From NCBI GenBank assembly GCA_950097015.1, contig CATNEN010000039.1, positions 16,988,001 to 17,052,000 of the forward strand: 64,000 nt of DNA, read 5' to 3'. Position 1 is the stretch's first letter. Every line of letters starts with the position of its first letter. A program made the position numbers and the translations under genes. Origin of the DNA: Macrostomum hystrix. Its lineage: Eukaryota > Animalia > Platyhelminthes. Below the pieces are notes generated by a model. The model ran no database searches. It worked only from the letters and a program-made list of their open reading frames with translations, and had not been told where the DNA came from. This document shows positions 9,465-22,990 of this stretch, piece after piece.

Positions 9465-12400
9465 AAAGCAAGAACCATATCTAGAATCAAAGCAAGAACC
9501 ACAGCTAGAATCGAAGCAAGTACCATATCCAGAATCGAAGCAAGAACCACATCTAGAATCGAAGCAAGAACCAAATCTAGAATCGAAGCAAGAACCATAT
9601 CTAGAATCGAAGCAAGAACCATATCTAGAATCGAAGCAAGAACCACATCTAGAATCGAAGCAAGAACCACATCTAGAATCGAAGCAAGAACCACATCTAG
9701 AATCGAAGCAAGAACCACATCTAGAATCGAAGCAAGAACCACATCTAGAATCGAAGCAAGAACCATATCTAGAATCGAAGCAAGAACCACATCTAGAATC
9801 GAAGCAAGAACCGCAGCTAGAATCGAAGCAAGAACCACATCTAGAATCGAAGCAAGAACCATATCTAAAATCGAAGCAAGAACCGCATCTAGAATCGAAG
9901 CAAGAACCACATCTAGAATCGAAGCAAAAAGCACATCTAGAATCGAAGCAAGAACCACATCTAGAATCGAAGCAAGAACCATATCTAAAATCGAAGCAAG
10001 AACCGCATCTAGAATCGAAGCAAGAACCACATCTAGAATCGAAGCAAGAACCACATCTAGAATCGAAGCAAGAACCATATCTAGAATCGAAACAAGAACC
10101 ACATCTAGAATCGAAGCAAGAACCACATCTAGAATCGAAGCAAGAACCACATCTAGAATCGAAGCAAGAACCACATCTAGAATCGAAGCAAGAACCATAT
10201 CTAAAATCGAAGCAAGAACCGCATCTAGAATCGAAGCAAGAACCACATCTAGAATCGAAAGCAAGAACCACATCTAGAATCGAAGCAAGAACCATATCTA
10301 GAATCGAAGCAAGAACCACATCTAGAATCGAAGCAAGAACCACATCTAGAATCGAAGCAAGAACCACATCTAGAATCGAAGCAAAAAGCACATCTAGAAT
10401 CGAAGCAAGAACCGCAGCTAGAATCGAAGCAAGAACCACATCTAGAATCGAAGCAAGAACCACATCTAGAACCGAAGCAAGAACCACATCTAGAATCGAA
10501 GCAAGAACCGCAGCTAGAATCGAAGCAAGAACCAAATCTAGAATCGAAGCAAGAACCACATCTAGAACCGAAGCAAGAACCACATCTAGAATCGAAGCAA
10601 GAACCACATCTAGAATCGAAGCAAGAACCACATCTAGAATCGAAGCAAAAAGCACATCTAGAATCGAAGCAAGAACCGCAGCTAGAATCGAAGCAAGAAC
10701 CATATCTAGAATCGAAGCAAGAACCACATCTAGAATCGAAGCAAGAACCACGTCCAGAATCGAAGCAAGAACCTCATCTAGAATCGAAGCGAGAACCACA
10801 TCTAGAATCGAAGCAAGAACTACATCAAGAATCGAAGCAAGAACCACATCTAGAATCGAAGCAAGAACTACATCAAGAATCGAAGCAAGAACCACAGCTA
10901 GAACCGAAGCAAGAACCACAGCTAGAACCGCAGCAAGAACCACATCTAGAATCGAAGCAAAAAGCACATCTAGAATCGAAGCAAGAACCGCAGCTAGAAT
11001 CGAAGCAAGAACCAAATCTAGAATCGAAGCAAGAACCACAGCTAGAATCGAAGCAAGAACCGCAGCTAGAATCGAAGCAAGAACCACATCTAGAATCGAA
11101 GCAAGAACCACATCTAGAACCGAAGCAAGAACCACATCTAGAATCGAAGCAAGAACCACATCTAGAATCGAAGCAAAAAGCACATCTAGAATCGAAGCAA
11201 GAACCGCAGCTAGAATCGAAGCAAGAACCAAATCTAGAATCGAAGCAAGAACCACATCTAGAACCGAAGCAAGAACCACATCTAGAATCGAAGCAAGAAC
11301 CACATCAAGAATCGAAGCAAGAACCACATCTAGAATCGAAGCAAGAACCACATCTAGAATCGAAGCAAGAACCACATCTAGAATCGAAGCAAGAACCACG
11401 TCCAGAATCGAAGCAAGAACCTCATCTAGAATCGAAGCGAGAACCACATCTAGAATCGAAGCAAGAACTACATCAAGAATCGAAGCAAGAACCACATCTA
11501 GAATCGAAGCAAGAACTACATCAAGAATCGAAGCAAGAACCACAGCTAGAACCGAAGCAAGAACCACAGCTAGAACCGCAGCAAGAACCACATCTAGAAT
11601 CGAAGCAAAAAGCACATCTAGAATCGAAGCAAGAACCGCAGCTAGAATCGAAGCAAGAACCAAATCTAGAATCGAAGCAAGAACCACAGCTAGAATCGAA
11701 GCAAGAACCGCAGCTAGAATCGAAGCAAGAACCACATCTAGAATCGAAGCAAGAACCACATCTAGAACCGAAGCAAGAACCACATCTAGAATCGAAGCAA
11801 GAACCACATCTAGAATCGAAGCAAAAAGCACATCTAGAATCGAAGCAAGAACCGCAGCTAGAATCGAAGCAAGAACCAAATCTAGAATCGAAGCAAGAAC
11901 CACATCTAGAACCGAAGCAAGAACCACATCTAGAATCGAAGCAAGAACCACACCAAGAATCGAAGCAAGAACCACATCTAGAACCGAAGCAAGAACCACA
12001 TCTAGAATCGAAGCAAGAACCACATCTAGAATCGAAGCAAGAACCACATCTAGAATCGAAGCAAGAACCACAGCTAGAACCGCAGCAAGAACCACATCTA
12101 GAATCGAAGCAAAAAGCACATCTAGAATCGAAGCAAGAACCGCAGCTAGAATCGAAGCAAGAACCAAATCTAGAATCGAAGCAAGAACCACAGCTAGAAT
12201 CGAAGCAAGAACCGCAGCTAGAATCGAAGCAAGAACCACATCTAGAATCGAAGCAAGAACCACATCTAGAACCGAAGCAAGAACCACATCTAGAATCGAA
12301 GCAAGAACCACATCTAGAATCGAAGCAAGAACCACATCTAGAATCGAAGCAAGAAGCACAGCTAGAATCGAAGCAAGAACCATATCTAGAATCGAAGCAA

Positions 12401-14662
12401 GAACCACATCTAGAATCGAAGCAAGAACCACAGCTAGAACCGAAGCAAGAACCATATCTAGAATTGAAGCAAGAACCGCATCTAGAATCGAAGCGAGAAC
12501 TACATCTAGAATCGAAGCAAGAACCTCATCTAGAATCGAAGCAAGAACCGCATCTAGAATCGAAGCAAGAACTACATCAAGAATCGAAGCAAGAACCATA
12601 TCTAGAATCGAAGCAAGAACCACATCTAGAATCGAAGCAAGAACCACATCTAGAATCGAAGCAAGAACCACATCTAGAACCGAAGCAAGAACCACATCTA
12701 GAATCGAAGCAAGAACCACATCTAGAATCGAAGCAAGAAGCACAGCTAGAATCGAAGCAAGAACCATATCTAGAATCGAAGCAAGAAGCACAGCTAGAAT
12801 CGAAGCAAGAACCATATCTAGAATCGAAGCAAGAACCACATCTAGAATCGAAGCAAGAACCACAGCTAGAACCGAAGCAAGAACCATATCTAGAATTGAA
12901 GCAAGAACCGCATCTAGAATCGAAGCGAGAACTACATCTAGAATCGAAGCAAGAACCTCATCTAGAATCGAAGCAAGAACCGCATCTAGAATCGAAGCAA
13001 GAACTACATCAAGAATCGAAGCAAGAACCATATCTAGAATCGAAGCAAGAACCACATCTAGAATCGAAGCAAGAACCACATCTAGAATCGAAGCAAGAAC
13101 CACGTCCAGAATCGAAGCAAGAACCACATCTAGAATCGAAGCAAGAACCACATCTAGAATCGAAGCAAGAACCACATCTAGAATCGAAGCAAGAACCATA
13201 TCTAAAATCGAAGCAAGAACCGCATCTAGAATCGAAGCAAGAACCACATCTAGAATCGAAGCAAGAACCACATCTAGAATCGAAGCAAGAACCATATCTA
13301 GAATCGAAGCAAGAACCACATCTAGAATCGAAGCAAGAACCACATCTAGAATCGAAGCAAGAACCACATCTAGAATCGAAGCAAAAAGCACATCTAGAAT
13401 CGAAGCAAGAACCGCAGCTAGAATCGAAGCAAGACCAAATCTAGAATCGAAGCAAGAACCACATCTAGAACCGAAGCAAGAACCACATCTAGAATCGAAG
13501 CAAGAACCGCAGCTAGAATCGAAGCAAGAACCAAATCTAGAATCGAAGCAAGAACCACATCTAGAACCGAAGCAAGAACCACATCTAGAATCGAAGCAAG
13601 AACCACATCAAGAATCGAAGCAAGAACCACATCTAGAATCAAAGCAAAAAGCACATCTAGAATCGAAGCAAGAACCAAATCTAGAATCGAAGCAAGAACC
13701 ACATCTAGAACCGAAGCAAGAACCACATCTAGAATCGAAGCAAGAACCACATCTAGAATCGAAGCAAAAAGCACATCTAGAATCGAAGCAAGAACCACAT
13801 CTAGAATCGAAGCAAGGACCATATCTAAAATCGAAGCAAGAACCGCATCTAGAATCGAAGCAAGAACCACATCTAGAATCGAAGCAAGAACCACATCTAG
13901 AATCGAAGCAAGAACCATATCTAGAATCGAAGCAAGAACCACATCTAGAATCGAAGCAAGAACCACATCTAGAATCGAAGCAAGAACCACATCTAGAATC
14001 GAAGCAAGAACCACATCTAGAATCGAAGCAAGAACCATATCTAAAATCGAAGCAAGAACCGCATCTAGAATCGAAGCAAGAACCACATCTAGAGTCGAAA
14101 GCAAGAACCACATCTAGAATCGAAGCAAGAACCATATCTAGAATCGAAGCAAGAACCACATCTAGAATCGAAGCAAGAACCGCAGCTAGAATCGAAGCAA
14201 GAACCAAATCTAGAATCGAAGCAAGAACCACATCTAGAACCGAAGCAAGAACCACATCTAGAATCGAAGCAAGAACCACATCTAGAATCGAAGCAAGAAC
14301 CACATCTAGAATCGAAGCGAGAACTACATCTAGAATCGAAGCAAGAACCACGTCCAGAATCGAAGCAAGAACTACATCAAGAATCGAAGCGAGAACCACA
14401 TCTAGAATCGAAGCAAGAACTACATCAAGAATCGAAGCAAGAACCACATCTAGAATCGAAGCAAGAACTACATCAAGAATCGAAGCAAGAACCACATCTA
14501 GAATCGAAGCAAGAACTACATCAAGAATCGAAGCAAGAACCACATCTAGAATCGAAGCAAGAACTACATCAAGAATCGAAGCGAGAACCACATCTAGAAT
14601 CGAAGCAAGAACTACATCAAGAATCGAAGCAAGAACCGCATCCAGAATAGAAGCAAGAACCG
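9465..14662. repeat. 24-bp minisatellite (GAAGCAAGAACCACATCTAGAATC), ~5.2 kb, between convergent gene ends
   Basis: Direct inspection; more than 200 units. Confidence 0.97.
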
Positions 14663-15142
14663 AATTAAAAGTTAAAGGAAGAACCGGGTTTTATGAAAGT
14701 GATAAAATTTACCGACTATTTTACATAACGTAGAAGACGGATTAATCGTGTAACGAAAGTGTCAACGACAAGCAATAAGTTATATATTTTTCTGTGGAGT
14801 TTTAAAAGTGAGTATTAAATCACATAAACAGAAAATCATAAATGAAACCATAAATAAGAAGTATCGAAAAAACAATAGCGGATAAAATTTATACTGAAAA
14901 TTTGGCTCTACTTACAATACTGAGGCAACTCATTGACAAGAATATGTTTGATAGACAAACGAATGCACAGCAACACCTTTTGATTGTTTTGACAGGAAAG
15001 TGACGAAATTTTAACAGCAGCACGTAAACCTAAAGTGTGTGGTGGACACCTGAAGGATCAGTGTTTTAATGATGAACACCTGGGGGATCAAGGGGTCAAC
15101 GGCTGGTAAATCTGAAGCGATTAAGATTCCTCAAAATGTGAG

Positions 15143-15339
15143 TCACTGATCCATCCTCAGTACCAGATTTCCAAGTCCGTCATTCACCCTGTAATGATCT
15201 TCCGTTGACGTGGCCTCTTCCGCCACTTCGACACCGGCCTCGCCCGGCAGCGACACCATGGAGCTCTGCGTGCCGAAATTCATCCGGGCGAAGATGCTCC
15301 GCCGGCTAGTCAGGATCTTGTACTTGTTCGTTGGTGGCC
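15143..15339 (-). CDS. NPC1: NPC1 alternative terminal exon 10b (distal)
   Basis: gtcacag|GG CCA CCA..: (G)PPTNKYKILTSRRSIFARMNFG...LVLRMDQ*. Phase 1 matches exon 9; GPPTNKYK resembles the start of the vertebrate NPC1 tail (GPSVNKAK). Confidence 0.72.
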
Positions 15340-16317
15340 CTGTGACGGACGGCAGAATGAGTAAAAAACTAAGTGAGTTTCAACGAATTAAGATCTAAGA
15401 TTTTTTAACGATTCTGGTTCGTAGTGAACATCGAGCGGTGGGTGCGGCGTGAGGTGGGTGAGGAGTGAGGTGGGTGCGGTGTGAGGTGGGTGCAGAATGA
15501 GGTGAGAGCGGAATGAGTTGGGTTTGGAATTATGTAGGTGAGGTTTTAAGTGGCTGCTGAATGAGGTGGGTGCGGAATGAGGTCTGAAGTGATTGGTGTA
15601 TTTAAAAGAGTTAACTTACGCAAAATTTTTAATCATGTTTTAATCAGCGAATTCGTTTTAAATCTTGCGCTGCCGCAGCAAAACAGATATTTCCCTCCCT
15701 TTATAAGAAGCTTACCAGATAGGAAATATAAATAAAGCAGATAAGGAAAACGATTATACATTTGTTAATTATGAGAAATTAGATTTTAAACATAGTTTAA
15801 ACATTAATTACGAGTTTATTTCTCGTACTACATTTTACTGAGTTTATTTTCAACCTTCTTCGTCAACAGCAAAGGCTTAAATTCATTTTCAAAGCAGGCG
15901 ATACAGCGAACAACGAGCAGTAAAAATGGTAATACTTTTAGTTTTTTCTTCATTAAAAAAGTATTCTAATGAATTTCAGAAAGCGAATGGGTAGGCTGTA
16001 AGTTTTTATGGAACTCAAATTGAATTCATGCATAAGGTATAAAAATAATTAACGCGGAATTAACAATTATCGGCACAGCATAAAATCCGAAATCATACAA
16101 GTCAAAGATTAAGAGAGAAACAATTTTCACTGTATGGCACAAAACAGCAACAACACTCTGATAAAATAGAATACTTTTCGTTGAAAAATTAACTAGGACA
16201 CGTGTAAAATGTACAATTGGCGTACATAAAATAGGTCTTTAATTATAAAATTAGTACCCACAACGAAATTCAAATAAAAAACGACATTATTATTCCATGG
16301 CGTCATTTTTTTTAAAT

Positions 16318-16610
16318 AATGACGTCACTAACCTCAATAAACTGAATGACGCCATACTGATGACGTCACTAACCTTAATATCTGGAGGATGACGTCACTA
16401 ACTTTGATATCTGGGGTGATGACGTCACTAAAACTGATATCCGGGGGATGACGTCACTAAGCTTGAAATCTGGGGTGATGACGTCACTAAACCTGATATT
16501 TGGGGTGATGACGCCACTAACCTTAATATCTGGGAAGGATAACGTCCTTAATCTTGATAGCCTAAATGGTGACGTCATTAACATTCATATCTGGGGTGAT
16601 GACGTCATTT
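16318..16610. repeat. ~30-bp degenerate repeat carrying TGACGTCA palindromes
   Basis: Perfect TGACGTCA at 16320, 16361, 16390, 16420, 16449, 16479, 16570 and 16600. Confidence 0.85.
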
Positions 16611-16771
16611 GGATGAATGAGCGTCAAATAGATATTTTAATCGAATAACTTATAACAAAAAGTCAAAATGTTTTTATTTATTGATAAAATTTCAGCAAAT
16701 TTCTGTAGGAACGTGTTCGGAGATAAAAAATGTGTCAAATATGTCAAGGTAAGTGAAGGTGTCTGGCCTCT

Positions 16772-16848
16772 TTAAGCAGTCAGCGACTCCTGGTCTTCCC
16801 GTGTCGCCTGATAGCGCTTTTGCTTCAGCTTCTGCCGTCCAATGGGAC
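16772..16848 (-). CDS. NPC1: NPC1 alternative terminal exon 10a (proximal)
   Basis: atcttag|GT CCC..: (G)PIGRQKLKQKRYQATREDQESLTA*; phase 1; minus-strand AATAAA at 16673-16682, about 90 nt after the stop. Confidence 0.68.
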
Positions 16849-17354
16849 CTAAGATTGTTTCATTTGAAAGAAAAACAAAAACAAAAATAAAGCAAGCGAT
16901 TTTGTAAGAAAATTTTTGATTAGCAAAAATCAAAAATCTGTTTTTAATCAGAAAGCCTAGAAGCAGATTTAACGCAAAGCAAGCTATTTTTGTCGCGAAT
17001 CAGCCGATTAATTTCAAATTCTTGACTTTAAGTTTTTATCACACTCAGCAAATTTTTTATAGAAAGACAAAATTGTGCTTAAAATACTACTTATTAGTAG
17101 GCTGACGCGGAAAATGCAAAGAAATTGTCTTCCTAATCTTCTCTTAATTTCTGACTAGGTTTTGTCTTGATTTTTCCTTAGTTATCTCTTCGTTCGCCCC
17201 CCTATTATCTCTTAATCGCTTCCCTTTTATCCCCTCATCTCTTCCTTATCCCTTAATTCCTCTTTATTTATCCTTTCAATTCTTCCCAAGGTATCCATCC
17301 AACTCTTTCCAAGTAATCCCATTAACTCTTCCCTGCTTATCCCTTCGCACTCAC

Positions 17355-17631
17355 CGACATAGCTGAGCAGCACTGGCAGGAACACGAGTCCGTGCAGTGC
17401 TCCGAACAGCACAATGCCCAGGTACATGCGGAAATAGAAGATTCTGAACAGCTGGGATTTCGCGAAGCCCAGGATGATAATGCCGCCAAGTTTAGTCAGG
17501 GTGATGCCAGAGAACACGGAACTGCCCATGTGAATGAAGCTGTCCCGAGCTCTGGCCAGCCTGGTTGGCTCTCGGGATATGGCGAATGCGCGCACCAGGT
17601 GAGAACAGAACTCCACCGATATGCCAACGGT
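17355..17631 (-). CDS. NPC1: NPC1 exon 9 (C-terminal transmembrane helices)
   Basis: [62 protein letters not shown]; AG/GT boundaries. Confidence 0.95.
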
Positions 17632-17644
17632 CTGCGGATAACAC

Positions 17645-18500
17645 ACAGTAGGGTATGCAGATTGGGGTAGACAGTAGGGTAGGCAGATTGGGAAAGACAG
17701 TAGGGTAGGTATAGTGGGGAATACAGTAGGGTAGGCAGATTGGGGAAGACAGTAGGGTATGCAGATTGGGGTAGACAGTAGGGTAGGCAGATTGGAAAAG
17801 ACAGTAGCGTAGGCAGATTGGAAAAGACAGTAGGGTATGCAGATTGGGGAAGACAGTAGGGTATGCAGATTGGGGAAGACAGTAGGGTAGGCAGATTTGG
17901 GAAGACAGTGGGGTAGGCAGATTGGGGTAGACAGTAGGGTAGGCAGATTGGGAAAGACAGTAGGGTAGGCAGATTGGGGTAGACAGTAGGGTAGGCAGAT
18001 TGGGGAAGACAGTAGGGTATGCAGATTGGGGTAGACAGTAGCGTAGGCAGATTGGAAAAGACAGTAGGGTATGCAGATTGGGGAAGACAGTAGGGCATGC
18101 AGATTGGGGAAGACAGTAGGGTAGGCAGATTTGGGAAGACAGTGGGGTAGGCAGATTGGGGTAGACAGTAGGGTAGGCAGATTGGGGTAGACAGTAGGGT
18201 AGGCAGATTGGGGTAGACAGTAGGGTAGGCAGATTGGGGTAGACAGTAGGGTAGGCAGATTGGGGTAGACAGTAGGGTAGGCAGATTGGGGTAGACAGTA
18301 GGGTAGGCAGATTGGGGTAGACAGTAGGGTAGGCAGATTGGAAAAGACAGTAGGGTAGGCAGATATGGGTAGACAGTAGGGTAGGCAGATTGGGGTAGGT
18401 AGATTGGGGTACACAGTAGGGTAGGCAGATTGGGGTAGATAGTAGGGTAGGCAGATTGGAAAAGACAGTAGGGTAGGCAGATTGGGGAAGACAGGTTAGG
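17645..18500. repeat. 26-bp minisatellite (GGGTAGGCAGATTGGGGTAGACAGTA)
   Basis: Direct inspection. Confidence 0.95.
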
Positions 18501-19129
18501 GTAGATGGAATGGGGAAGACGGGAGAGAGTAGAAGGAAAACAATAAGCCCACACTAACCGTTGACTTTAAACACACACACACACACAGACACCGTGCCAG
18601 GTGGTGCAGCATAAGGCCACTCCTAAGCTTAAAGTATAAAAGTGCAACAACAATTCTCGCTGTTTGAGTGCGAATTTTATTCGTATAGATAAAATCCGGT
18701 TAATTCTGTCACGCGCTCATACACAGAGTGATAGATGGACACAATGTCACACCACTGCGCTGGTTAGACCATGCATGGCCTTATTATAATTTGCCTTTCA
18801 AACTCGCCTAACACACCACCACTACTGTAAAACGAAGGAGAAAGTAAAATTAGAAGATTCACAAGGGTCAAGGCGATAGCACACACTCACACAACACTGG
18901 ATAGTGACCTATGACCATTAACCCATGGTTCCATTTACTGTACCTAACTCCTTACTTTCAGATTGTGCTTTGAATAAATGCAAAGATATTTTCAACTGCA
19001 CTACAAGGCTAGCTAGTTTCTTTTATTGAATAGAGAAAATGTTCTGATATTCAATGGAATTATGGGATAAAAGAAGAATATTTTGTCCATTTAAAGATTC
19101 AGATAGGATCCGGCAAGAATAGTAGGAAT

Positions 19130-22070
19130 AAAATGGGATCTGGGAAAAATGGTAGGATTCAAATTGGGATCTGGGAGGAATGGTCGGATTGAAATGAGAG
19201 CTGGCAAAAGTTGTAGGATTTAAATGGGATCTGGGAAGAATGTTAGGATTTAAATGGGATCTGGGAAGAATGGTAGGATTAAAATGGGATCTGGGAAGAA
19301 TGGTAGAATTTAAATGGGATCTGGGAAGAATGGTAGGATTTAAATGGGATCTGGGAAGAATGGTAGGATTTAAATGGGATCTGGGAAGAATGGTAGGATT
19401 TAAATGGGATCTATAAAGAATGGTAGGATTTAAATGGGATCTGGAAAGAATGGTAGGATTTAAATGGGATCTGGAAAGAATGGTAGAATTTAAATGGGAT
19501 CTGGGAAGAATGGTAGGATTTAGATTGGGATCTGGGAGGAATGGTCGGATTGAAATGAGAGCTGGCAAAAGTTGTAGGATTGAAATGGGATCTGGGAAGA
19601 ATGTTAGGATTTAAATGGGATCTGGGAAGAATGGTAGGATTAAAATGGGATCTGGGAAGAATGGTAGAATTTAAATGGGATCTGGAAAGAATGGTAGGAT
19701 TTAAATGGGATCTGGGAAGAATGGTAGGATTTAAATGGGATCTGGGAAGAATGGTAGGATTTAAATGGGATCTATAAAGAATGGTAGGATTTAAATGGGA
19801 TCTGGAAAAAATGGTAGAATGTAAATGAGATCTGGGAAGTATGGTAGGATTTAAATGGGATCTGGAAAGAATGGTAGGATTTAAATGGGATCTGGGAAGA
19901 ATGGTAGGATTTAAATGGGATCTGGGAAGAATGGTAGGATTTAAATGGGATCTGGGAAGAATGGTAGGATTTAAATGGGATCTGGGAAGAATGGTAGGAT
20001 TTAAATGGGATCTGCAAAGAATGGTAGGATTTAAATAGGATCTGGAAAGAATGGTAGGATTTAAATGGGATCTATAAGGAATGTTAGGATTTAAATGGGA
20101 TCTGGAAAGAATGGTAGGATTTAAATGGGATCTGGAAAGAATGGTAGGATTTAAATGGGATCTGGGAAGAATGGTAGGATTTAAATGGGATCTGGAAAGA
20201 ATGGTAGGATTTAAATGGGATCTGCAAAGAATGGTAGGATTTAAATAGGATCTGGAAAGAATGGTAGGATTTAAATGGGATCTATAAGGAATGTTAGGAT
20301 TTAAATGGGATCTGGAAAGAATGGTAGGATTTAAATGGGATCTGGAAAGAATGGTAGGATTTAAATGGGATCTGGGAAGAATGGTAGGATTTAAATGGGA
20401 TCTGGAAAGAATGGTAGGATTTAAATGGGATCTGGGAAGAATGGTAGGATTTAAATGGGATCTGGAAAGAATGGTAGGATTTAAATGGGATCTGGAAAGA
20501 ATGGTAGGATTTAAATGGGATCTGGGAAGAATGGTAGGATTTAAATGGGATCTGGAAAGAATGGTAGGATTTAAATGGGATCTGGAAAGAATGGTAGGAT
20601 TTAAATGGGATCTGGGAAGAATGGTAGGATTTAAATGGGATCTGGAAAGAATGGTAGGATTTAAATGGGATCTGGGAAGAATGGTTGGATTAAAATGGGA
20701 TCTGGAAAGAATGGTAGGATTTAAATGGGATCTGGGAAGAATGGTAGGATTTAAATGGGATCTATAAAGAATGGTAGGATTTAAATGGGATCTGGAAAAA
20801 ATGGTAGAATGTAAATGAGATCTGGGAAGTATGGTAGGATTTAAATGGGATCTGGAAAGAATGGTAGGATTTAAATGGGATCTGGGAAGAATGGTAGGAT
20901 TTAAATGGGATCTGGGAAGAATGGTAGGATTTAAATGGGATCTGGGAAGAATGGTAGGATTTAAATGGGATCTGGGAAGAATGGTAGGATTTAAATGGGA
21001 TCTGCAAAGAATGGTAGGATTTAAATAGGATCTGGAAAGAATGGTAGGATTTAAATGGGATCTATAAGGAATGTTAGGATTTAAATGGGATCTGGAAAGA
21101 ATGGTAGGATTTAAATGGGATCTGGAAAGAATGGTAGGATTTAAATGGGATCTGGGAAGAATGGTAGGATTTAAATGGGATCTGGAAAGAATGGTAGGAT
21201 TTAAATGGGATCTGCAAAGAATGGTAGGATTTAAATAGGATCTGGAAAGAATGGTAGGATTTAAATGGGATCTATAAGGAATGTTAGGATTTAAATGGGA
21301 TCTGGAAAGAATGGTAGGATTTAAATGGGATCTGGAAAGAATGGTAGGATTTAAATGGGATCTGGGAAGAATGGTAGGATTTAAATGGGATCTGGAAAGA
21401 ATGGTAGGATTTAAATGGGATCTGGGAAGAATGGTAGGATTTAAATGGGATCTGGAAAGAATGGTAGGATTTAAATGGGATCTGGAAAGAATGGTAGGAT
21501 TTAAATGGGATCTGGGAAGAATGGTAGGATTTAAATGGGATCTGGAAAGAATGGTAGGATTTAAATGGGATCTGGAAAGAATGGTAGGATTTAAATGGGA
21601 TCTGGGAAGAATGGTAGGATTTAAATGGGATCTGGAAAGAATGGTAGGATTTAAATGGGATCTGGGAAGAATGGTTGGATTAAAATGGGATCTGGAAAGA
21701 ATGGTAGGATTTAAATGGGATCTGGGAAGAATGGTAGGATTTAAATGGGATCTGGGAAGAATGGTTGGATTAAAATGGGATCTGGAAAGAATGGTAGGAT
21801 TTAAATGGGATCTGGGAAGAATGGTAGGATTAAAATGGGATCTGGAAAGAATGGTAGGATTTAAATGGGATCTGGAAAGAATGGTAGGATTTAAATGGGA
21901 TCTGGGAAGAATGGTAGGATTTAAATGGGATCTGGGAAGAATGGTAGGATTTAAATTGGATCTGGAAAGAATGGTAGGATTTAAATGGGATCTGGGAAGA
22001 ATGGCGGGATTTAAATGGGATCTGGAAAGAATGGTAGGATTTAAATGGGATCTGGAAAGAATGGTAGGAT
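19130..22070. repeat. 30-bp minisatellite (TCTGGGAAGAATGGTAGGATTTAAATGGGA) with a 990-bp higher-order duplication
   Basis: Direct inspection; variant units recur at a +990 offset. Confidence 0.96.
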
Positions 22071-22118
22071 AAAAAAATTCAATTTAATACTTTTAATGGA
22101 AACAATATACAAACTCAC

Positions 22119-22374
22119 CATAACTAGATTGACAAGCGATACAGCATTCAGTGTAATATCCCAGAAGTACATCATGCCCAGCATGGAGTTGAGTATAAGG
22201 GCGATAGTTAGCAGGATGATGCAGGTTGAAAATAGGTCGAAGCCGAGTAGAATAAATGTGACCACGCCGATAGCGGCGACGCAAATGGACAGGTTAACTA
22301 CGGTGTCGTGCACAATGGTCAAGTACTGCTCGTAGAATACGTAAAAGACACTGTATGGATAGACGTTGATGTCC
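22119..22374 (-). CDS. NPC1: NPC1 exon 8
   Basis: DINVYPYSVFYVFYEQYLTI...ITLNAVSLVNLVM; ttccag| and |gtgag boundaries. Confidence 0.95.
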
Positions 22375-22439
22375 CTGGAATTGAAGTAGACACGCTTTGT
22401 ACAGGCCTTGATTTTTAGACTCATCTTATGTCTGATCTT

Positions 22440-22875
22440 GGAACTCATCTCAGGACTCATTTAGGGACTCATCTCAGGACTCATTTAGGGACTCATCTTG
22501 GGACTCATCTCAGGACTTATTTAGGGACTTATCTCAGGACTCATTTAGGGACTCATCTCAGGACTCATTTAGGGACTCATCTTAGGACTAATTTAGGGAC
22601 TCATCTTGGGACTCATTTAGGGACTCATCTCAGGACTCATTTAGGGACTCATCTCAGGACTTATTTAGGGACTCATCTCAGGACTCATTTAGGGACTCAT
22701 CTCAGGACTCATTTAGGGACTCATCTTAGGACTCATTTAGGGACTCATCTTAGGACTAATTTAGGGACTCATCTTAGGACTCATTTAGGGACTCATCTTA
22801 GGACTAATTTAGGGACTCATCTCAGGACTCATTTAGGGACTCATCTCAGGACTCATTTAGGGACTCATCTTAGGA
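22440..22875. repeat. 12/24-bp minisatellite (GGACTCATTTAG GGACTCATCTCA)
   Basis: Direct inspection. Confidence 0.92.
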
Positions 22876-22990
22876 ATGATATTGGTATCAATCTGAGGAC
22901 GTATTTTAGGACTAATTTTAGGCCTGATCTCGAGACTGATGTTGAAAAATGAGAAAATGTCTAACAATAAAATCAGAACAGTGAACTCAC

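Noticed and set aside
9438-14591. 1317-aa and related ORFs (VVLASILD, EARTTSRI, SKQEPHLE repeats)
   Set aside because: Translations of a 24-bp array that is open in several frames on both strands, with frameshifting indel units and no unique coding flanks.
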